A stretch of 54,439 bases of DNA, the filler included, from Piptocephalis cylindrospora (lineage: Eukaryota), in the NCBI GenBank assembly GCA_003614145.1. It is 2 parts of 2 records of this genome, joined end to end, with 100 filler letters (N's around TTAATTAATTAA, not from the genome) between each part and the next. Parts side by side here need not be neighbours in the genome. Positions count along the whole stretch, not along the records: positions 27,398 to 54,439 come from KZ987771.1; 1 more part is not named here. The stretch is one strand, 5' to 3'. Numbering within the stretch: position 1 is the first letter of the stretch; each line of letters starts with the position of its first letter. Made by a program: the position numbers and the translations under genes. Shown in pieces: positions 48,472 through 54,439 of the stretch. The notes beneath the pieces are model-generated. The model saw nothing but the letters and a program-made list of their open reading frames with translations. It had not been told where the DNA came from and ran no database searches.

Positions 48472-49719
48472 ATGGACCTTACTTTGGATCCCTTGTACAA
48501 TGCTACTTTCCCCGCTGAAACACCATGTCGTTGGCTGGTGAACATTCGGCATTGCAAGGATGAAGAGTACTATGTGCGTGGCACGCTCATGGGCATTGTC
48601 CAGGCCATGGTCATGATCTTTTGCAGTGTATGCACCTTCATCCTTACCGGGATCAAGGGTAAGAGATACAGTGGAAAGTGGTCGACTGGCGCGTGGATCC
48701 ACCTTTCTTCGCTCATCCAAGGCTCCATCCACCTTATTCTCTCCATGGTCATGATCCTCGACCCTCCAACCCCGTATTGCGTCCGGTACCTCCTTCAATT
48801 TTCTTTTCTTCTTACCCATTTCTGCACCATGCCCTACCTCTCAAGTCTCATCTCTACTCGATTCACCATTGTTTGGAAGCCCAAGTATCAGAAACACTGT
48901 CGTCTCCGAGCTCAACGTGTCCTCCTAGTCCTCCCATGGGCTTTTCTTTCCTTCGTTATCACCCTCTTTATATCTGGTCTTCTCCTTGACCTACGTTATC
49001 CCCTGGAGGCCACCATTGTCTTCTCCATTGGTATGTTCATGTGCTCTCTAGGGAATGCCATCTTCATCTGGGTATGCTGGATGTACGGGTACCGCTTCAG
49101 TCGTCATCTCTCTCGACACATCAAAGATATGGACCCCTCCCTCTTTGTTCAGTCCTCAGTCTTGACGGCTCCTTCCCGTGAAGGCGCTCATCTTTGGTCC
49201 TATCTCTTTTCCGACGACCCTTGCTCCTCCACTCCATGTGAGGTTGAGACGAAAGTAATTCAAACCTTAGTGGATGGTCAGCGCATCCTCGGGAGAATGA
49301 GTGTCCTGAACTTTTTCTTCGTCGTTGTCAATACGCTCTGTCTCCTTTTTGCCATGACAAGCATGCTCTTCCCCGTGGATATGTACACGGTGCCTCTCCT
49401 ATCGAAGATCCTCTTCTTCATCGCTTCCCCCAATCGTACCATCCTAAGGTCCGTTGTGACCATCACCATGCTCGCCATGGAGTTGTATCAGCCCCACCCG
49501 AGGTGTGCCTCCGGGGAAAAGAGCTCCTTGGTGGAGAGGCTCTGCTTCCATTCCAACTGGTATCATCAGGTCCATAGTTCCAAAAGGCTAAAGATTGAAA
49601 AAGACCAGTGCCCATCAATAATTCCCCATCCCTCTGGGCTGATTCTTGCACCTCCTGATAAAACACCTGCATTACTCCTTGAATCCGAAGGGAGCCATGG
49701 ACCTAACGGTCCATACTGA
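48472..49719 (+). CDS. Orphan multi-pass (about 7 TM) membrane protein, GPCR-like topology
   Basis: Intronless 415-aa ORF with a short N-terminus (NAT sequon, CRWLVNIRHC), about seven hydrophobic segments, a longer loop between TM5 and TM6, and a hydrophilic tail. Confidence 0.7.
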   Translation: MDLTLDPLYNATFPAETPCRWLVNIRHCKDEEYYVRGTLMGIVQAMVMIFCSVCTFILTGIKGKRYSGKWSTGAWIHLSSLIQGSIHLILSMVMILDPPTPYCVRYLLQFSFLLTHFCTMPYLSSLISTRFTIVWKPKYQKHCRLRAQRVLLVLPWAFLSFVITLFISGLLLDLRYPLEATIVFSIGMFMCSLGNAIFIWVCWMYGYRFSRHLSRHIKDMDPSLFVQSSVLTAPSREGAHLWSYLFSDDPCSSTPCEVETKVIQTLVDGQRILGRMSVLNFFFVVVNTLCLLFAMTSMLFPVDMYTVPLLSKILFFIASPNRTILRSVVTITMLAMELYQPHPRCASGEKSSLVERLCFHSNWYHQVHSSKRLKIEKDQCPSIIPHPSGLILAPPDKTPALLLESEGSHGPNGPY

Positions 49720-50296
49720 CGAAATATTTTCATTTTTCATTTATTTTCTTCTCCAGAAATCCACGCTTATTTATTTCCCTTTTATACCATTATGCATACA
49801 CAGTGTATAACGGAAGCCTCCCTCACATAGGTCAAATCGAGGGTCTCACCAGTATCTGGAGCGTTCATGCATAATTGCTTTACCGCAAGACCTACCCCTA
49901 TCCCTTGGTGGGATGGCCATTCTTACCAATGTCTCAATCCTTTATGCTCTAAAAATCGTTCTCTGAGTAGCCTTGGAGGGAGGAGTGCTAATGTCGGAGT
50001 TGACATGATCTAGGGCTTTAGCAGCTGTTAAAGAGTGGTCATCAACCAATTCGCCATACGTCTCAATGGGCAAACTACAGCAATTTACTGCCATTAACCC
50101 TTTTCTTTGTGAGATGACTTTTTTTTCCTTCCCTTTCCCTTCCTCTCCTCCTTATCCTATCCACTTCATCTAACGTTTACTCGAGTATTCATATCTTGCC
50201 TCGCCCTGACGTTACGGTTTTGACGATCTTTCTCAAGTCTCCCTCTCCTTCTTCCTCTCGCCCAACTTTAAAACGTTTACCGCGACACCTTTCACC

Positions 50297-52144
50297 ATGA
50301 TGCACACCTTACCCTCCCTCAACTTCCTCTTGCTCCTGAGTCTGTCTTCCGCAGTCCTTCTCCCGACCCTTCCTGGTTCTCATGGCCCAGCTTTTGCAAT
50401 GGCTAGGGCCACTCCCGATCCCGGACTCTGGAATTGGGCAAAGTCTCTCGGCTCTTCCTCTTCCTCCTCTTCCGAGCCCTCCTCAACTTCCTCCTCCTTA
50501 CCCTCCTCCACAGCTACTAAGGTGGCTGGAATTTCCATGAGTACCCAGACCGATTCCACTTCTCGCTTTTCCTCGGGTACATCCGATCCAACATTGTCTG
50601 AAAGAAAATCCACTCCTTATTCCTGGAGCAAGTCCACTTCGTCTTCTACGATTCCCGACAGATTATTTACCCCTTATGCCCCGAGCACATCCAGTGGATC
50701 GTCCACGTCTACATCAACTGGTTCATCCTCCTCTTGGGACAAGTATACTCCTACATCCAGATCCGCATCAACCCAGACCCAATCCACCCCGTCTTCATGG
50801 AGCACACCCACTCCTTATTCTTGGGACAGGTCCAACGGGATATCCTCCTCTCGGGGCAAGTATACTCCTACATCCAGATCCGCATCAACCCAGACCCAAT
50901 CCACCCCGTCTTCATGGAGCACACCCACTCCTTATTCTTGGGACAGGTCCAACGGGATATCCTCCTCTCGGGGCAAGTATACTCCTACATCCAGATCCGC
51001 ATCAACCCAGACCCAATCCACCCCGTCTTCATGGAGCACACCCACTCCTTATTCTTGGAGCAAGTCCAACGGGATATCCTCGTCCACTCAGACGGAAACC
51101 AAGTCGGATTCCTCGCTCTTCCCTTCCCTCTGGACCTCAGCGCTCTCCTCTGCTGGATCTAGTACTACTCCCGACTATACGTACCCGCAAACCAACGTAC
51201 TTGGGACCTCGACGGGGACTAAGATGGAGGACAATTCACCCGTGTTTATTTCGCATCATGGTACCACCTCCTTGATGGAATTTTTCACAGATAACAGGAT
51301 CCAGAGAGTCATGTGTTACCTTTTACGCCGCTACGAATCTATGTATTATCATCGTCGTGAATCTCTACGGGAATCAATGACCGAGGAGAGCTGGTCCTTT
51401 GTCGGGAGTTGTCCCGAAGTCTCTAACCCGGGCCGTCTCCGTGGAGGATGGCAACTGAGTGGGGAGGCTTGGGAGCACTCTCGAACACTCATATCCTATC
51501 GCATGGAGATCCGCTTGGATTACTCGGGTGTGGATACATCCTACGATATCAACAATGATATCGCAAATACCCAGCTCCTAAGCTATGTGGGTACCTTCTT
51601 GGGCCTAGATCCTAATGCTAATATGGTTGATCGAGAAGGGAGCCGGTCCATCCCCCGGCTGATTAAAAAGCTTGACCTCGGATCACTGACCAGCAACCAG
51701 ATGAAACAGGCTTCCAGGGCTTACCTAGTGACTCGGTGGGCCCGTGCCGCCTATCAGATCCGGGCCATTCTCCTCAAGTTCCAGAGCCAAGGCTCATCCT
51801 CACTCATGATCCCTTACTTGGTGGGCTCAGACGTTTACCATGTTTCCCGAGGGGACAGGCGCACCAATATTCGGTCTCTTCGAATGACTAGCATCTCGGA
51901 TGGTCTTGTCTCCACTTGGTCTGCGCTTGAACGCGGATGGGGCTCGTCTTCGAGCGTCCAGATGGACCTGTACAACAAGCACATTGGGTTTCTTGTGACG
52001 CACTACGCCAAGATCATTGGGATGGCCCCTGAAGATTTTATAAATGCGCGATTCCCGGATATTTCCTTATTGGTTACCATCCCCCTGGTCCAGTTTGCCA
52101 AACAAGCTGCCTCCATGGACTATAACCTTATTCATTGGGTCTAG
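50297..52144 (+). CDS. Secreted Ser/Thr-rich protein with internal tandem repeats and an unknown C-terminal domain (candidate effector or cell-surface protein)
   Basis: Hydrophobic N-terminal signal, about 270 aa of Ser/Thr-rich sequence, and about 300 aa of non-repetitive C-terminal sequence. Intronless. Confidence 0.75.
   Translation: MMHTLPSLNFLLLLSLSSAVLLPTLPGSHGPAFAMARATPDPGLWNWAKSLGSSSSSSSEPSSTSSSLPSSTATKVAGISMSTQTDSTSRFSSGTSDPTLSERKSTPYSWSKSTSSSTIPDRLFTPYAPSTSSGSSTSTSTGSSSSWDKYTPTSRSASTQTQSTPSSWSTPTPYSWDRSNGISSSRGKYTPTSRSASTQTQSTPSSWSTPTPYSWDRSNGISSSRGKYTPTSRSASTQTQSTPSSWSTPTPYSWSKSNGISSSTQTETKSDSSLFPSLWTSALSSAGSSTTPDYTYPQTNVLGTSTGTKMEDNSPVFISHHGTTSLMEFFTDNRIQRVMCYLLRRYESMYYHRRESLRESMTEESWSFVGSCPEVSNPGRLRGGWQLSGEAWEHSRTLISYRMEIRLDYSGVDTSYDINNDIANTQLLSYVGTFLGLDPNANMVDREGSRSIPRLIKKLDLGSLTSNQMKQASRAYLVTRWARAAYQIRAILLKFQSQGSSSLMIPYLVGSDVYHVSRGDRRTNIRSLRMTSISDGLVSTWSALERGWGSSSSVQMDLYNKHIGFLVTHYAKIIGMAPEDFINARFPDISLLVTIPLVQFAKQAASMDYNLIHWV
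50741..51080 (+). repeat. About 2.9 copies of a 117-bp (39-aa) near-perfect coding repeat
   Basis: AAGTATACTCCTACATCCAGATCC... starts at 50741, 50858 and 50975, encoding KYTPTSRSASTQTQSTPSSWSTPTPYSWDRSNGISSSRG. Confidence 0.95.
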
Positions 52145-52361
52145 GTTCCTCAGAGGGCGGTGTTGTCCCTTTCCCCCTTAGATGAAGCAACGAAGAGGAG
52201 GAATGCACATTGCCATTTTGACCAGGAAGATGTGTGCACCTAAATCAACAGTATCCCATCTTTGAGTACATGATAATGGCAAGACATAACCACAAAGGCA
52301 CGATATGTATATAATCCCACTGCAGTGCCTCTATTCATCCAAGGGCGCAAGAACGCAAGGC

Positions 52362-54439
52362 TTAAAGACGAGAGGGCATCACATCAGACTTGCTCACTTC
52401 CTCACACACCTCTCGAAGGGCCCCGAAGGCCCAGATGCAGGATTGAGCAAAGTCCCGGGATGAGGTGGAGGGGTCGGAGACCTTGGATTCAATGCCCATA
52501 CGGATGACATGGTCGTCCATCAGATAATTTATGCCATAGCCATCCGGAGTAACAGCACCAAAGCCGGCTCCACGAAGGCGCGTGGCGGCGCCGGGGAAAA
52601 GGCTACTGGTACTCAGCTTCCAATTGGATGCTTCCTTGACTAGAGGGTGGGAAAAGAGGGGCGAGGGATCCTCACCGTCCCGTACACACATACTGAGACC
52701 CAAGAGATGACGATCACAGCCCTGGCCCTGAGAGGCCATGCGAGTATAGGTGGAGTGGGCCATGGTGGCCTTGATAAGGGTATCATACACCTCCTTGGAC
52801 CCCACCTCTCTGTTTTCTGGGGTTCCCGAGTATTTGGCCTGAAGAAGTCGACAAAACGAGATGGAGTCCGTACTAAGGCTCCGAATGCACTCGGTCCTTC
52901 CCAGGAGGTAGGATCGGGTGGAGGCCGTCTCGTAAGTGGGGGCAAATGCATTGTGGAGATGGTAGTAAGCTGCCTGAAGAACCATTTGCACATATGCATC
53001 CGGACTTGTCTTGGCTATGAATAGGATTTGGAGAAGGGGTTGAGCGATTGTACTAGGGCTTTACTAGACGAGAACAACAGGATTGCTCTACTTACCTATC
53101 TTCTTGATCCAGCCATAGCCATACCCGGTAAAGGAAAGGACATACAGATCCGAGTCGTTGGCCGCAGCTTGCACCTGAGGAAGGATGGTGTGGTGAAGCT
53201 CATGGCGAAGGGCGTCGTTCAGAACAAAGGAGAGCTCCTTGACTGGGGAGGAGGCCAAGGGGAGAGGAGAGGGAGGCGGAGGTGAAAGGAGGAAGAGGGG
53301 GTCAATCTTGGTACCGAGGCAGTCGGTGTGATCACGGATGGAGTATTGAGAGCCGCGGAAAGTGATCAGGGAAGGGATCAGGGCATCACACGGGGAATGC
53401 TCCCCATTGATCCCAGCGCGGCCAAGCTGATCGACGATGAGAGTCATGGCACTATCGTACCACCGGTCCCTTTGACCACACATGAGCCTCTTGATCCATG
53501 CGGGATCATCCCCGAGTTGATCCGAAGAGGATGTATCCTCTAGACCCTGATTATCCAAGGCAATGACCATTAGAGTATCTTCGATTTCGTGGAGGGATTC
53601 AGCATTGATCTCATCCATGTTCAACAGGTTCTCCCGGGCCCGAGCCCATGTGTCTCTATGGGCGGCTGTGTAGGAGGCGATGGGTTCAGCAGCCCGCGAG
53701 GGATCCCGAGAGACGAGATGGACGATTCCGAGCAGGTTCTCGTACACCTCGAGCCAGGTACGTTGATCTTCCTCCTTCACCTCTAATGACGGATGGTCGG
53801 ACATGCCGGTGGGGAGGGAGAGGCGGAAGAAGCGATTGTGGAGGAGGACCAAGATATTGGCCTTTTCCTCCTCGGTCGACGCAAGGACATGAGTGTCGCC
53901 GGTGAGGCCTGGGCGTCGGGTGACACCAAAGACTCGACGGTACTGGTCCATGCACAAGGGGCCCGTCCGGGTCTTCTCCACAGCAATGGCTCCTCGTCGG
54001 ATCTCCCGGGCCTGATGGAGAAGGCCCATGGTCATGGTGGCAGCCCGCAAGATCTGGATATGAGTGTATCCGTGAGCGGAGGAAGGGGAGGGGAGGGTGG
54101 GCTTCTGGGAGATGAGATGCTGGGTGAGGGGATCGTGGTGAATGAGGATATACCAGTTACTATTGACCATCAAAGGCTGTCTCCAAGTGAGGTAGGCAGC
54201 CTGGCTCCACCAAGCATCCAGCCAGTTACGGGCCGAAGGGGGGTCGATCCGGTTGACCCTCCAGGCATGATCCTGGAGTCTTCGTTGAAGGATACGTCCT
54301 TGGCCAGTCCCTGATTTGGCAAACTCCTGCAAAGCGTCTTGGAGATCCTTTGGGAGATGTGGTTTTTGGGAGGAAGAAGAGGATGCAGCGAGTATGGCGT
54401 TGATGGATTGAGTGAGGACCTGGAGGGTGTGGTCCAGAT
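52362..54439 (-). CDS. Carnitine O-acyltransferase with C-terminal PTS1 (SRL); 5' end outside the window; intron approx. 53095-53015
   Basis: NWLDAWW..AYL, PLCMDQY, DRWYD, catalytic GEHSPCD, SPDAYVQM, YETASTR..GRTE, GQGCDRHL, LSTSS and GFGAVTPDGYGINY. The frame stays open to the window edge. Confidence 0.92.

Noticed and set aside
50741..51080. Regular repeats as a possible CRISPR-like array
   Set aside because: Head-to-tail in-frame coding repeats with no unique spacers, in a eukaryotic gene.

Overview
Gene-dense eukaryotic DNA with short GT-AG introns and CT-rich 5' regions. It is fungal, and most likely an early-diverging fungus such as a zoopagomycete (inferred from gene style only). The window is two contigs joined by an artificial N44-TTAATTAATTAA-N44 spacer at 27298-27397. 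The left contig carries a Tau/MAP2/MAP4-like protein with 7 microtubule-binding repeats, a Git3/cAMP-receptor-like GPCR, the RNA polymerase I largest subunit (5 exons), two tail-to-tail LINE 3'-end (zf-RVT) relics, a secreted acidic DPBB/expansin-like protein, an SH3-RasGEF (Cdc25-like) gene, and a divergent SH3-WW gene cut off by the gap. The right contig carries a LINE endonuclease/RT relic, an LSH/HELLS-type SNF2 ATPase, uracil-DNA glycosylase, an orphan ~879-aa gene in an otherwise gene-poor island, a succinate-fumarate carrier, MRPS16, endonuclease III (NTH1/NTG), an orphan 7TM protein, a secreted Ser/Thr-rich repeat protein, and a PTS1-bearing carnitine acyltransferase. The main leads are the fungal tau-like protein, the orphan gene whose motif order recalls Rep_trans rolling-circle initiators (a possible undescribed mobile element), and two signalling genes each broken by one extra C in a poly-C run.
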